64,000 nt of DNA from an uncultured Gemmatimonadaceae bacterium (GCA_963829055.1 CAWHHI010000006.1:512001-576000), one strand, 5' to 3'; positions 32,836 to 44,019 are shown, counted from the first letter of the stretch. Notes: generated by a model from the sequence alone, not told the origin. A program made the numbers and translations.

Positions 32836-35534
32836 TCACCCCGTCGCCAAGCGCCGTCTTTGGGTCTACGCCTGCCGCGCGCCGAGCTGGGATCAGTGCG
32901 GAGATGACCGCCGTCCCCGCCAGCAACCCGATCGCCACGATATAGGTGATCGGGTCCCGCGCCCCGACGCCCACCAACAGGCTCGAGAGTGCTCTCGCGC
33001 GCCAGCAGCGCGAGCGGCAGCCCGATCACGACGCCGAGCGCTACCAGCCGCAGCCCCTGTCGCACGACGAGCCGCACCACCTGCGCCGCGCCGGGCGCCG
33101 AGTGCCATGCGGATGCCGATCTCCTGGCGCCGCCGTCCGACGACGTACGAGAGCACCGCGTAGATCCCGCCTAACGCCAGCGACAGTGCGACCGCGCCGA
33201 AGGCGGCGAACGCGAACGCGATCGTCCGCCGATTCGCGATCGAGCGATTGACCGCCGCCTGCGCACTCTGCAGCTCGATGAGCGGGAGCTCCGGGTCGAG
33301 CCGCCTCACGACAGCGCGCGCCGCGGCGGCGACCGCCGCTGGCGCACTCGCCGAACGGATCGCGATGCCGTACGACGGCCGAAAGTTGCTCGTGTCCACG
33401 TCGCTCGACGACAGATAGAGACCGGGCCGCATGGGGTCGACGAGCCCGTAGTGCCTGACGTCCCTCACCACGCCGACCACCGTCATCACCTGCGACGTCG
33501 CGGTATCGCCGCTCCACTTCATCCGGCGCCCCGTCGGGTCAGCGACGTTAGGCCAGAGCTGACGCGCGAGCTGCTCGTTGATGACCACCGGATGTCGGCC
33601 ACGCGCTCGCGCCTCGTCGTCACGCGAAGAACCGACCGCGCGCGAGCCGGATTCCCATCGTCCCGAAGTAGCCTGACGATGCATAACGCATGAGCACGAC
33701 CGGGTTCGACTCGTTCCTCGCCGGTGGCGGCGCGCCCTCGGCCTCTACGAAGCCTCCCCAGTGACATCCGAACGGCAGACAGGTGACGATCCCGGCGCTC
33801 GTGACGCCTGGTGTTGCCTGCAGTTCGTCGACGAGCCTCGAGTAGAACCGCTCCTGCATCACAGCCGATTCGCGTACTTCGCTCGCGGTAGCGCGAGTCG
33901 GAACGTCGTCACGCCGTCCGGCCGGAAGCCTGGGTCGGTGTTGCGCAGGTTTCCGTAGGCGCGGACGAGCAGTCCGCTGCCGGCGAGCAGCACGAGCGCG
34001 AGCGCGATCTCGATGACCACGAGCGCATCCAGCAGGCGCCGCTGCGGAAGGCCGACGCTCGTCCGCGTGCCGCGCACCGCCCCACGCCAGCGACCCGGCG
34101 ACATCGGCGCGCCGAGGTTGCAGCGCGGGCACGAGACCGAAGACGATCGCGGTCAGCACGATGACGAGCGCCGCGAACGCGAGCGTGCGTCCGTCCGCCT
34201 GAAGCTGTACCCAGCCCGGAATCTGATCGGGCGCGGCAGCGACGAGCAGCCGGATTCCCCAGCGGCCCACGAGCGTCCCGATGATGCCGGCGATGGCGGC
34301 AAGGGCGAGACTCTCCGTGATCAGCTGGCGCCCAACCCTCCGCGCGCTCGCGCCTAACGCCATCCGGATGGCGATCTCGCGACGCCGGAAGATCGAGCGC
34401 GCGAGCATCGCGCCCGCGACGTTCGCGCAGGCGATCAGCAGCACGAGCAGCGCGCCGGCGCCGAGCGCCTTGCCCATGACGCGAAAGTTCGTGACGAACT
34501 GGTCGCGCAGTCCGGAGAGTCGCGGACTCACGACGTGCGCGGTGTCGCTCCGGGCCCAGACGGGCGCGTGTGCGCTCACGAGGTCTGCTCGCGCCTGCTC
34601 GATCGTCACGCCCGGCCTTCATGCGCGCGACGCCGTCGAACGAGTAGGACTGGCCCTGCTGATTCGGATCGCCGTTGAGCGGCATCCAGAACTGCGTTTT
34701 CCCGGGAAAGTCGGCCTCGGGCGGCAGGACGCCGATGATCGTGTACGGGACGCTGTTGATGCGAAGCGCTTGTCCCACGACGTCACGCGACCCGGCGAAC
34801 CGCGTCTGCCACAACCCATACGCGATGACGACCACGCGCGTCGGCGTGGGGCCGTCCTCTTCTTTCGTGAACGTCCGCCCGAGGATCGGACGGATGCCTA
34901 ACACTTTCGGGAAGTCGTACGTGACCGCGAGTCCGTCCGCGCGCGTCACTCCCGATTCGTCCGCGAGATTGATGCTCGTCTCCGACCACAGCGCCATCGC
35001 GTCGAACGCGCGGGCGCGTTCTCGCCACGTGAGGAAGTCGGGATAGTTGATGCCCGTGAATTCGAGGTTCCACGCCGGCGCGCGCTCGTTGAGATACACG
35101 AGCCGCTCGGCTTGCGGGAACGGGAATGGACGCAGGAAGAGTCCATCGACGATCGCGAAGACGGCGGTATTGGCCGCCACGCCTAACGCGAGCGTGAGCA
35201 CGATGAGGGCTGTCGGGCCGGGCTGGCGCGTGAACGACCGAACGGCGAAGCGCAGGTCGGCGAGGAACGAACGCATCGTGGACTCCTCGTTAGGACGCCT
35301 GCCGCGACGCCGCCAGTGCTCGTAGGGCGCGCGTCGCGCGATGTCCAAGGCGGACGCGATCGCGAACCAGAGTTGCGCGAGCAGACCGCTCGAGCGAGCG
35401 GCGCTCAGCTCATCCGCGAACAGCGCTTCGATCTCGGCGCCGTCGCGGTCGCGCATGTCGGCCGGGAGCAGGAAGAGCAGAGCGCGATACGCGCGGACGG
35501 CGAATGACCGGCGTGGCGAACGAGGCGTGGTCAC
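32836..35534 (-). CDS. ADOP-type duplicated ABC (MacB/FtsX-like) permease (frameshifted)
   Basis: [66 protein letters not shown]. Confidence 0.9.
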
Positions 35535-35870
35535 GACGGACTCTCCGACTCGCGCGAGTCGTCGCTGCGCCACACCGACGAGCGACTGCATCCGCTCGAT
35601 CTCGGCCACGAGCGCGCGCCGGCCTTGTGGCGTTATGCGGAACCAGCGTCGGTGGCCACGGTCCTCATCGGCTTGCGGCGCGACGTCGAGCTCGCGGATC
35701 CATGACGCTTCGCGGAGCTCGTCGAGCGACCCGTAGAGCGTGACGGGCCAGAGCCGGAGCTCGCCGCCGGTGAGCTCGAGCACGTCCCGCACGATGCCCG
35801 AGCCGTGTCGATCCCGCTCGGCCAGGGAGAGCAGGATGAAGAACCAGTGCCGCCGCATGTCGGTCGCCAT
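35531..35870 (-). CDS. PadR-family regulator
   Basis: ILLSL..RHG.GI, TLYGSL, RRWFRITPQGR; reads through into the permease, probably through one extra base. Confidence 0.85.
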
Positions 35871-35873
35871 GCG

Positions 35874-35897
35874 CGATTATACAGCACAGTATAATCG
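35874..35897. promoter_or_regulatory. Probable PadR operator
   Basis: Perfect inverted repeat CGATTATAC-N6-GTATAATCG immediately upstream of the padR ATG. Confidence 0.7.
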
Positions 35898-35935
35898 ATC
35901 GGCAAGCATGTCATTCACGGCAGGAGCCACTCTGA

Positions 35936-36144
35936 GCATCCGGCGGCAGCTTGGCGAGTACCAAGTGCGTCAGCGACTGCTCAGCAGCAGGTGTCAGGCA
36001 TCAGGTCCCGTATCCGCCGGCTTGGGGCGCGCGTGGGGTCGTGCCGCGCGGACTGGCGACTGGGCTCGGAGACTGATACCTGACACCTCGTACTCAAGTG
36101 CTGAAGTGCTGAGCGACTGGCCAGGACGCCGAGATGATGTCTGG
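35936..36144 (+). repeat. ATCCGGCGGC-family hairpin element, copy 2
   Basis: Shares both ends with 59756-59905; internal IR AGGTGTCAGGCATCAG/CTGATACCTGACACCT. Confidence 0.75.
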
Positions 36145-36588
36145 CTAGAGCAGATGCTTGCCCGTGGCAACGTGCGCGATGAGCACGTCGGGCACATCCT
36201 GAATCGCGCGATGGTAGCGCCGATGAAACCCCTCGCCGTTCTCGTCGGGGCGCAGCAGCGCGCGCGCCTGGTTCAACAGGGCTTCGCCGTCAGCGACCGT
36301 CGGCTCGTCCGCGGCGAGCAGCTCATCGATCTGCACGACGAGGCCCGACAGCGGGTGCAGCCAGGCGAACCATGGGTCGTTCAGCACGAGCTGGAGGAGC
36401 GCGCCGCTGCCCTCGATCCGTCCCTGCTCACGCTCGTAGCGGATGCGTGCGTCGTCGAGCAGCGCCTTGTGAATGCGCAGCAGGCCGACTCGGACGTCGT
36501 CGAGCTGACGGCGGTCTTCGGCCGACAGCGGACGCGATGGGGCCGGAGAAGGTGAAGAGGACGGAGCGTTCGGCGGCGGGCTGGTCAT
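36145..36588 (-). CDS. Conserved hypothetical helical protein
   Basis: LLRIHKALLD..YE..G..LLQLV.NDPWFAWLHPLS. Confidence 0.7.
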   Translation of the reverse strand: MTSPPPNAPSSSPSPAPSRPLSAEDRRQLDDVRVGLLRIHKALLDDARIRYEREQGRIEGSGALLQLVLNDPWFAWLHPLSGLVVQIDELLAADEPTVADGEALLNQARALLRPDENGEGFHRRYHRAIQDVPDVLIAHVATGKHLL

Positions 36589-36693
36589 TGCAGGAAGGCG
36601 TTAGTCGGCGTTGCGGTCAGTCGGTTTTACGGGATGGTAATGGCTGCGCAAGCGTCGCGCCTCATAGCTCGTCCACTACCCTCGACTGGTACG

Positions 36694-37317
36694 ATGCGCG
36701 AGTCTTCAGGCGTGACCGATCCACGGCAACTTCCGACGCGGCCAATCGAGCAGGTGCGTGAACGCGTCGTCGAGGCGCTCAGCGAACACTTTGCCCGCGA
36801 CAATCTGTCGATCGAGGATCTCGAGACGCGCATGGCGCGCGTGTACTCGGCGACCACGCCGCACGAGGTCGAAGCGTTGCTCGATGGCCTGCCGGCGCTC
36901 GCCACGGGTGCGCCGGTTCCGGTTTCGGTCGACTCGTTCTCATCGACGCCGAAGCTGCGAGAGCGGCTGGTCGCGATCATGTCGGGGATCGTGCGCCGAG
37001 GGGCGTGGCGGATTCCGCGACGGCTGAGGGTGGTGGCGATCATGGGCGGCGTCGAGCTCGACCTCCGTCAGGCGGAGCTGCCGCCGGGTGTCACGGAGAT
37101 CAGCGCGTTCGTGCTGATGGGCGGGCTCGTGGTTCGCGTTCCGCCTGGTGTTCGCCTCGAGACCGACGGCTTCGCGTTCATGGGCGGATTCGAGGATCGC
37201 ATGCACGACCCGGGCATCGCGCGCGCGGACGCGCCCGTAGTGCGAGTGACGGGTGTCGCGATCATGGGCGGGGTCGATGCCCAGGTACTGGCGGTCGGGG
37301 CTTACGTTGACGACTGA
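36694..37317 (+). CDS. DUF1707 (SHOCT-like) plus LiaF-like domain protein
   Basis: RERVVEALSEHF..LETRM; repeated IMGGV.LDLR. Confidence 0.8.
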   Translation: MRESSGVTDPRQLPTRPIEQVRERVVEALSEHFARDNLSIEDLETRMARVYSATTPHEVEALLDGLPALATGAPVPVSVDSFSSTPKLRERLVAIMSGIVRRGAWRIPRRLRVVAIMGGVELDLRQAELPPGVTEISAFVLMGGLVVRVPPGVRLETDGFAFMGGFEDRMHDPGIARADAPVVRVTGVAIMGGVDAQVLAVGAYVDD

Positions 37318-37401
37318 GACGGGAACAGGGAACCGGGAACAGAGGCTGCTCGCAGCGAGCGACACGCAGCTACCGGTTCCCGGTTACCCGTTCCCCGTCT
37401 C
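37316..37401. repeat. GGGAAC-heptamer inverted repeat between convergent genes (probable terminator)
   Basis: GAGACGGGAACAGGGAACCGGGAAC / GTTCCCGGTTACCCGTTCCCCGTCTC. Confidence 0.65.
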
Positions 37402-37841
37402 CGCTCTTCTCCCACTCCACTTCGTCTCCAACACGAATCTCTCCGCCAGTTAGCACCATCGCGAACGCTCCGCCGCGCCAGTTCGGGTACATCGCCGCCC
37501 GCAGGCCGGGAACGGCTTCCTCCATGCGCTCGCACGGCTTGGTCTCGCCGGCGATCTCGAGTCTCGCGACGCCGATGCGGAGTACGCGCTTTCGCGTGTC
37601 GGCGAGTGCGACGCCACTGATCATGAGGTTCGCGCGACGAGTCGACGGCGGGGCGTCGGCGCCGGTCTCGCGCATCAGTTCCTCCCAGATCTCGCGCTCG
37701 ATGATCGTGACCTGCCGGCGGCTGCTGCGATCAATGCCGCCCTCGATGCCTTTGCCCGCGATCAACACGACCGACTCGCGAGCATCCATCGGGCCGCGGT
37801 GAGCACGCTTCAACCAGATCGCCTCGAGCCGGCCAGGCCAT
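37370..37841 (-). CDS. MOSC domain protein
   Basis: GRLEAIW, RQVT, RRANL, TKPCERM, GEIRVGD; ATG 37841 needs a one-base correction. Confidence 0.85.
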
Positions 37842-37898
37842 TCTGAGCCCTCGGGTTCAGAGTCGAATGTCGTCGTTCGATCGCAGCGTGGTTGAACC

Positions 37899-38168
37899 GC
37901 TTCGGCACGCATCCAGAACGAAGGTGTTTCCGGAAAAAGCCGGAAACAACTGACAGGGCCCGATCCCATCGCGACCCCGACAGATCGTCGCGCCGGGTCT
38001 TTTTGAAAAAGGGGAACGGCCTCGTGAGACCACTGCGTCCCCGAGGCCGCTCCCCTTTCCGTCACGGCTCGTTGCGGCACCGACTCTCCCGACGCCGGAC
38101 CGATCCGCCCGATCCGGTGTTTCCGGCCGTTTCCGTTCACACCCTCGGTTCTGGATGCGTGCCGAAGC
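37899..38168. other. Structured 270-bp element closed by a perfect 21-bp inverted repeat (candidate ncRNA or MITE)
   Basis: GCTTCGGCACGCATCCAGAAC (37899-37919) / GTTCTGGATGCGTGCCGAAGC (38148-38168); several internal hairpins. Confidence 0.65.
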
Positions 38169-38173
38169 AGTGG

Positions 38174-38926
38174 CTAACTCGGTTCAGAGATGACTGCGAG
38201 CAGCGGATAGTGATCCGATGCCGCAGCGGCATCGGGTGCTTTGTCAGCTACCGAGCACTCGTTGATGCGCGATGCGTACTGCTCCGGCGTGAAGACGTAG
38301 TCCAGCCTAACGTGGGCGCCCCACGTCGGGAACGTGTAGCCATCGCCCGTCGGATGCAGCCGACGCCACGCGTCCACGTACCGCTCATCGAGCATCACCT
38401 GAATCGTCTCGCGCGCGATGTCTCGGCCGCTGATCCACACCATCGCGCGAATCCAGCGCGGCATCTGAGCGACCTGCAGACGCTCGCCCGGCGCGAGCGC
38501 GTTGAAGTCACCGGCAATGATGTGAAAGCCGTTCTGATGCTCGCGAATGCCATCGAGCAGCAGGCGAATCTCGCGCGCGCGACGGCGCTCGCTCCACTTC
38601 GAGAACCACGCGCTCAGGTGAAGCCCGAAGATCCTCGGGTGCGGTCCCTCGAGCACGACCTCGAGAAACGGATGCTTGGCGCCGCGCGGACTGTGCCAGG
38701 CGTGATGCGTGACCGGTAAGCGACTCAGAAATCCAGTCGAGTGTCCGGGCCGAGAACCCCAGTGCGCGAAGCCGGCCTGTTCAGCGACACGCTCGATCAC
38801 GCGCGGGTCGGTCGCTTCCTGCAGCACGACGATGTCGGGTGCGCATCCCTGGATCACCGAAGCGAGCTGCGCTTCGCGTCCCGTTCCACCATACCGGATG
38901 TTGTAGCTGAGGAACCGCAGGCTCAC
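38174..38926 (-). CDS. Endonuclease/exonuclease/phosphatase (EEP) family protein
   Basis: SYNI, LQEA, GDFNA, RLDY, SDHYP catalytic motifs. Confidence 0.92.
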   Translation of the reverse strand: MSLRFLSYNIRYGGTGREAQLASVIQGCAPDIVVLQEATDPRVIERVAEQAGFAHWGSRPGHSTGFLSRLPVTHHAWHSPRGAKHPFLEVVLEGPHPRIFGLHLSAWFSKWSERRRAREIRLLLDGIREHQNGFHIIAGDFNALAPGERLQVAQMPRWIRAMVWISGRDIARETIQVMLDERYVDAWRRLHPTGDGYTFPTWGAHVRLDYVFTPEQYASRINECSVADKAPDAAAASDHYPLLAVISEPS

Positions 38927-39567
38927 GCGCGGGCGTCGTCCGTCGAACCACGCCGACGCTCAGCCAGCACACCGGAATCAGCAGCCTCGTTCGCGCGAGT
39001 AGGCGCGTCGGCGTGACCGCTCGCGACGTCAGCCAACGATCGGTCCTCCTCTTTTTCCTCGGCCCCGTCTTCATTCTCGCCCGCGTCGATGAGCTTGAAG
39101 TACGGCTGATCGAACAGCACATCGCGCGCATACTGCACGAAGCTCGACGTCGCCTGAATGTTCACCGGGCGCCCCGCGATCTTGCAGAGCGCGCGACGGA
39201 GCGGAACGAGCGACGGACACGAATGCGGCGTGTGGTCGTTGAGCGGCGCGGTGTGCAACTTCGGGATGTAGAACGCGTCGTCGTTCCACAGCTTGAGCAT
39301 GTCGCCGCCGACGAGCGTGAGGTCGATGTCGCTGGTGCCTGGGCCATCGGCGTCGAACGGAGCGCCGTCCTCCCACCGCACGCCGATCACGGCGCTGCCG
39401 CGCAGGACGACGGTAACGTCGGCGGGCAGCGCTTCGCGTAACGCACTGACGAAAGCGTCGAAGCGCGCGCGATCACCGCCGAACGCGAGCTGCACGATCC
39501 GCTCCTCTATCTGAGCGTCGGTCAGCTCGCGAGTCTTCTCGGTGGCTTCCTTGGCCTGCTCGTTCAT
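38923..39567 (-). CDS. Hypothetical protein with a Pol-beta-type nucleotidyltransferase motif
   Basis: LRGSAVIG...SDIDL; GRPVNI where minimal NTases have GRxVD; 4-bp overlap with the EEP gene. Confidence 0.6.
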   Translation of the reverse strand: MNEQAKEATEKTRELTDAQIEERIVQLAFGGDRARFDAFVSALREALPADVTVVLRGSAVIGVRWEDGAPFDADGPGTSDIDLTLVGGDMLKLWNDDAFYIPKLHTAPLNDHTPHSCPSLVPLRRALCKIAGRPVNIQATSSFVQYARDVLFDQPYFKLIDAGENEDGAEEKEEDRSLADVASGHADAPTRANEAADSGVLAERRRGSTDDARA

Positions 39568-39652
39568 GGTGTCCGGTGTTGAGGTCGAGCTACCTCAGTA
39601 GCAAGCCCTGAACCGTCTCGGCCATAACCGGACTCCGCCATGCGACGTGCGT

Positions 39653-40090
39653 CTAGTCTTCTTCCTCGTCCTCGTCTTCCGAGTCGGCGCTCGCGGCACC
39701 GTTCGCCATGCGCTCACACGATTCGGCGCAGGCCGCGCAGATCTCGGCGCAATGCACCAGCCGTTCGTCTCCGGAGATCGAGCGGCACGCCTCCTCACAC
39801 GCCCGGCAGAGCTCGGCGCAGGCGGCGCACGTCACCACGTGATGTGGCGATCCGCGCAGCATGAAGTTCGCGCTGACCTGACAGATCTCCGCGCAATCCA
39901 GGAGCACGCCGATCATGTTGACGTCGGCGTGCTCTCCACCCTCCGTCATGCAGTACTGGGCGGTCATCGTGCACACGGCGTGGCAGTTCAGGCACTCCTC
40001 GATGCAGCGCTGAAGCTCGTCGTGCTCCTCTTCGTGCTCGTGATCGGGGTCGTACTCGTGCCCATGTGAGTGCTCGTGGCTGTGAGCCAT
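39653..40090 (-). CDS. Four-helix-bundle copper storage protein (Csp3/DUF326-like)
   Basis: 16 Cys in CxxxC/CxxC repeats; no signal peptide; His-rich N-terminus and acidic tail. Confidence 0.85.
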   Translation of the reverse strand: MAHSHEHSHGHEYDPDHEHEEEHDELQRCIEECLNCHAVCTMTAQYCMTEGGEHADVNMIGVLLDCAEICQVSANFMLRGSPHHVVTCAACAELCRACEEACRSISGDERLVHCAEICAACAESCERMANGAASADSEDEDEEED

Positions 40091-40230
40091 AGCCCCTCCG
40101 CCCCTGACGAACTGGTGGTATTCGCAGCGTTTCCGTGATCGACCTGGACTTTCGGCACGATGCGTACCGTGGTCCTTCGTCGATCCTGTAATCACCACAG
40201 AAGTTCGCCGAGGGCAAGAGGCGAATTCGC

Positions 40231-41661
40231 TTACAGATAGCTCAACCAGCGATCGCTGCGACGGCTCCGCAGCGCGGCGAACCAGCGACATGGGAAGTAG
40301 AGGATGACTACCGTCGCGATCGTTATCGCGTAGAGGGCGGTGAGACTGTACATGTAACCCGGCGGCGCTGGCGGCACGAACATGGGATGATTGGCCGTCA
40401 TCCACGGGATCACGCTGCCGAAGCGCGCGATCGACAGGCCGACGAAGATCAGGTGGATGAGTGGGATGTGCAGCACGTAATAGAAGAGCGGCACGCGCCC
40501 GAACACCGTGAGCACGCGCGCGACCGGTCCACGCGCTCGCTCCAACAGTGGAATGAGCAGAATTGTCGGCCCGAGCGTCATGAGCAGAAACAACAGCGAC
40601 GCCGGGTACTTGGCGGTATTGATGAACTGCAACGCGGCTGGCATGCGGGGCAGCGGCCGTCGTTGTGCGCGAGGCGGTGCTCCACCAGCCGGCGCGCCGG
40701 CTGGCACGTTAGGCGGACGGGCCGGTTGCCCGGTCACTGTCTGACCGCTCGACGCCGCCATCTGCGCCGCGGCTCTCTGCGCAGCTGCCCTTTGAGCCGC
40801 ATCACCCCACGGACGCGGATCGCCGTAGAATGTTGAATCCGCGCAGTACGAGAAACGCGACGATCGCGCCGCCGCCTAACGCCAGGCAGATCCGCCGGCG
40901 GCGGGCGGCATCCACCCGCATCACGGGCCCGAACGCGTAGCCGGCGGCCATCACGCCGATCCACGGAATGATCGAGTACAGCACAGCGAGCTGCGGTCCA
41001 TTCTCCCCGCCACCGAGCGAGATGCTGCCAGCGCGGTAGAACAGCTGATACAGCCACCCGAGGCTGCTCGCGCCGAGTGACTGGTCGAGCTGCTGCGCAA
41101 AGGGATCGGTGAGGTTGTGGAGCGCGATGATCGCGACGCCGATGGTGCCAATGGCCGCGAGCGGGAGGTAGACGAGTCCCGCCATGAGGATCATGCACCA
41201 TCCGATCACCCAGATCACGCCAGCGAGCGTGTAGTGCGCGTAGTCGAAGTTGAACGTCCACGCGAATCGGAGCACCGTCAGCTCGAGCAGCACGAGCCAC
41301 GCGCCGCGCGTCAGGAGAAACCGCGCCAGCACGCCGCGATCGTGCACGCCGCGATCGCGCACCTTCTCCCCATACAGAAACGCCGCGGTACCTGCGAGGA
41401 AAATGAATGCCGGCGCGCAGAAGTTGGTGACCCATCGCGTGAAGAACACGCCGGGCCAGGGGCCGCCGGCGGGAACCCCCGCGTACACGCGCACGTGGTC
41501 GATTGCCATGAGCACCATCACGGCGCCGCGGATGATGTCGATCGAGGCGATCCGCCGACTCTCGGCGGCGGGCCTGCCGCTCGTGCTCGCTGGTCTGCGG
41601 CAGGAGGCGAATACGCGTGTCCAGTCGCGCGAGCGCCTGCGGGGGAGACGACAGTGCTCAT
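40231..41661 (-). CDS. DUF1624 / HGSNAT-like membrane protein (frameshifted)
   Basis: RIASIDIIRG..MAIDH, TRWVTNFCAP.F, KYPASL, GRVPLFYY. Confidence 0.85.
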
Positions 41662-41811
41662 CCTCGAGTCCTCGGTCCCTGGTTGAGCAGGACTGATGAT
41701 GCCGCATACTGCTCGAGCACAACGGCGAGTCAGCCAGCGGTGCGGGCTACTGGTGAATGGTCACCGTGGCGCAGCCAGTGGGCTGCCAGTGGGCTGCACG
41801 CAGCCCACGCG

Positions 41812-42619
41812 TTACCCCTTTCGGATCAGCTCCGCCACCTGTTCACGCCGACGCCGACTGACAGGCACGCGCGTCCCGTCACGCAGCACCAGCACCGATT
41901 CGCCCGAACTCGCCGTCCTCATTTCACGCACGCGATCGAGCCTAACGATGGCGGAGCGGTGCACCCGCACGAAGCAATTCGGCATCGAGCCGCTGCTCCA
42001 GTGACGCGAGCGACTCGCGGATGAGGTGGCGTCGCCCGCGCGCGTGCACCGCTGCGTAGTAGTCCTCCGCCTGAATCCAGTCGATCTCGTCGACGTCAAG
42101 AACAAGGTCACCTGTCGCCGTCGGCACGACCAGACGCCGGGCCGGAGCCACCGCGGCACCCGACACGAAACCGGCCGCATCGCCTCGCGGATCACCTCGA
42201 CGATCGTGCGCCGCGAGCAGATCGCCGATCCGCCGCGTCAACTCCAGCGCCTCCGCGAACCGCATCCGCTCGCGTACTCGGTCGAGCGCCGCCGCGAATC
42301 GCGCCTCGTTCACCGGCTTCACCAGATAGTCCAGCGCGTGCGTCTCGAACGCGCGCACCGCGAACTCATCGTACGCCGTCACGAAGACGACGTGCGGCAT
42401 CCGCGCCGCGCCACGCGCGCGTACGACCTCGAACCCGTCGAGCTCCGGCATCTGCACGTCGAGAAAGACGAGATCCGGCGCGAGCGTCTCGAGCGCCGTC
42501 AACGCTTCGCGCCCGTTCCGACACTCGCCGACGATGTCGACGTCCTCGCACGGCTCTAGCAGCTGGCGGATGCCACGACGCGCGAGCGGCTCGTCGTCGA
42601 CGATGAGCGCACGAATCAT
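41812..42619 (-). CDS. LytTR-family response regulator (frameshift near 41990)
   Basis: VDDEPLAR, FLDVQMP, DYLVKP, FVRVHRS, VSRR. Confidence 0.9.
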
Positions 42620-43770
42620 CGTCCTGGGGACCGGAGATTGGGGACCGGGGACTCGGCCGCCACCACCTTCGCCGCGCCGGCGGCACTACGGAATGGCAGC
42701 GTCAGCTGGACCAGTGTACCTCCGCCTTCATCCTTCGAGCGAGGGAGCAACTCGAGCCGTGCGTGCGTCCCGTACATTGTCGTTAGGCGCTCACGGACGT
42801 TCGCCAGGCCGAGTCCATTGCCCGGTGCATCATGATGCGCGCTCGGCGGTGCGGCGAGGCCAGCGCCATCGTCACTCACGCACAGCACGAGGGAGTTCCC
42901 CTCCCGTCGCGCCGAGATCTGCACCGAGCCACCTTCGGCTCGCTTCGAGATGCCGTGTCGGAGCGCGTTCTCGACGATGGGCTGCAGGAGGAATTCGGGC
43001 ACGGCGGCGTCGAGCAGATCGTCTTCGACGTCGAAGCGCACCCGAAGACGATCGGAGAAGCGCACCTGCTCGATGGCCAGGTAGCGCTCGAGAAAGCGAA
43101 GCTCCGAGTCGAGCGAGACCTCGTGCGCCTTGTCGCTGCGCAGGACCTGGCGCAGTACGTCGCTCAGGAGATCGAGCATGCGCCCGGCCGCGACCGTGTC
43201 CTGATCGCGCACCAGCACGGTGATGGCGTTCAGACTGTTGAACAGGAAGTGTGGATGCAGCTGCGTCCGGAGCGCGCTCAGGCGGGCTTCCGCGACCTGC
43301 GCCGCGAGCCGCGCGGTCTGCGCCTCGCGCTCCGTCGCCTCCACGAAATACGTGAAGGCGTACATGCAGCCGAGGATCGTGAAGTACATGAACGTGCCCC
43401 ACGGGATCGTCGTGAGGAGCCAGTTCGTGAGATGCTGCGTCTTCGTGATCTGGGATGGGCCAATGCCGAGCACCCACCGGAGCGACGCGCCGGCACTCGC
43501 CCACCCGATGCAGAGCAGCAGCGCGCCGCCGGCGTGCGCGAGCAGATTGCGTCCGACGATGGGCGGACGAAGCGGGAAGCGCCGCGCGAGCCAGTACACC
43601 AGCGGCGTGAGGGCGCCGAGGATGAGCCACTCGTTCGCCTGCCAGAACACCTCCTGCCAGCTCGTCGGCCTGCCGGCGAGCACGCCCTGGACGTACGTGA
43701 GCCCACCGTCGAGGACGGCCGGCACAACGCAGGCGGCGGCGATCACGAGCCAGAGTCGACCGATCTTCAC
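42616..43770 (-). CDS. LytS-like sensor histidine kinase
   Basis: QLHPHFLFNSLN, QPIVENA, DDGAG, GLGLANV. Confidence 0.9.
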   Translation of the reverse strand: MKIGRLWLVIAAACVVPAVLDGGLTYVQGVLAGRPTSWQEVFWQANEWLILGALTPLVYWLARRFPLRPPIVGRNLLAHAGGALLLCIGWASAGASLRWVLGIGPSQITKTQHLTNWLLTTIPWGTFMYFTILGCMYAFTYFVEATEREAQTARLAAQVAEARLSALRTQLHPHFLFNSLNAITVLVRDQDTVAAGRMLDLLSDVLRQVLRSDKAHEVSLDSELRFLERYLAIEQVRFSDRLRVRFDVEDDLLDAAVPEFLLQPIVENALRHGISKRAEGGSVQISARREGNSLVLCVSDDGAGLAAPPSAHHDAPGNGLGLANVRERLTTMYGTHARLELLPRSKDEGGGTLVQLTLPFRSAAGAAKVVAAESPVPNLRSPGR

Positions 43771-43880
43771 GTCGAGAAGCTATCGAACGGTCGGGTGCAC
43801 AGGCGAGCGTCGGCAGCAAACGGCGCCCCGGACGCAGCAACCGGTCGCGCTACGCGGCGAGTGGTTCGTTAGGCGCGGGT

Positions 43881-44019
43881 TGTCATTCCGAGCGGAGGCC
43901 GAAGGCCGCAGTCGAGGAATCGCGACCGTCCGGACAGAGAGCCCTCTACCGAGTACACTCTCGATTCCTCGACTCGCCTGACGGCTCGCTCGGAATGACA
44001 ACCTCCGCTCGGAATGACA
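43881..44019. repeat. GTCAT REP-like element, type I, with duplicated right end
   Basis: TGTCATTCCGAGC..AGAGAGCCCTCTAC..GCTCGGAATGACA twice. Confidence 0.85.

Noticed and set aside
33909..35870. PadR-permease fusion protein (653-aa ORF)
   Set aside because: A GTGA start/stop overlap with an upstream GGAG exists at 35531-35534; removing one base gives two normal genes
37899..37919. Sigma54 promoters in the 21-bp inverted repeat arms (GGCACG)
   Set aside because: The -12 position reads GA rather than the required GC
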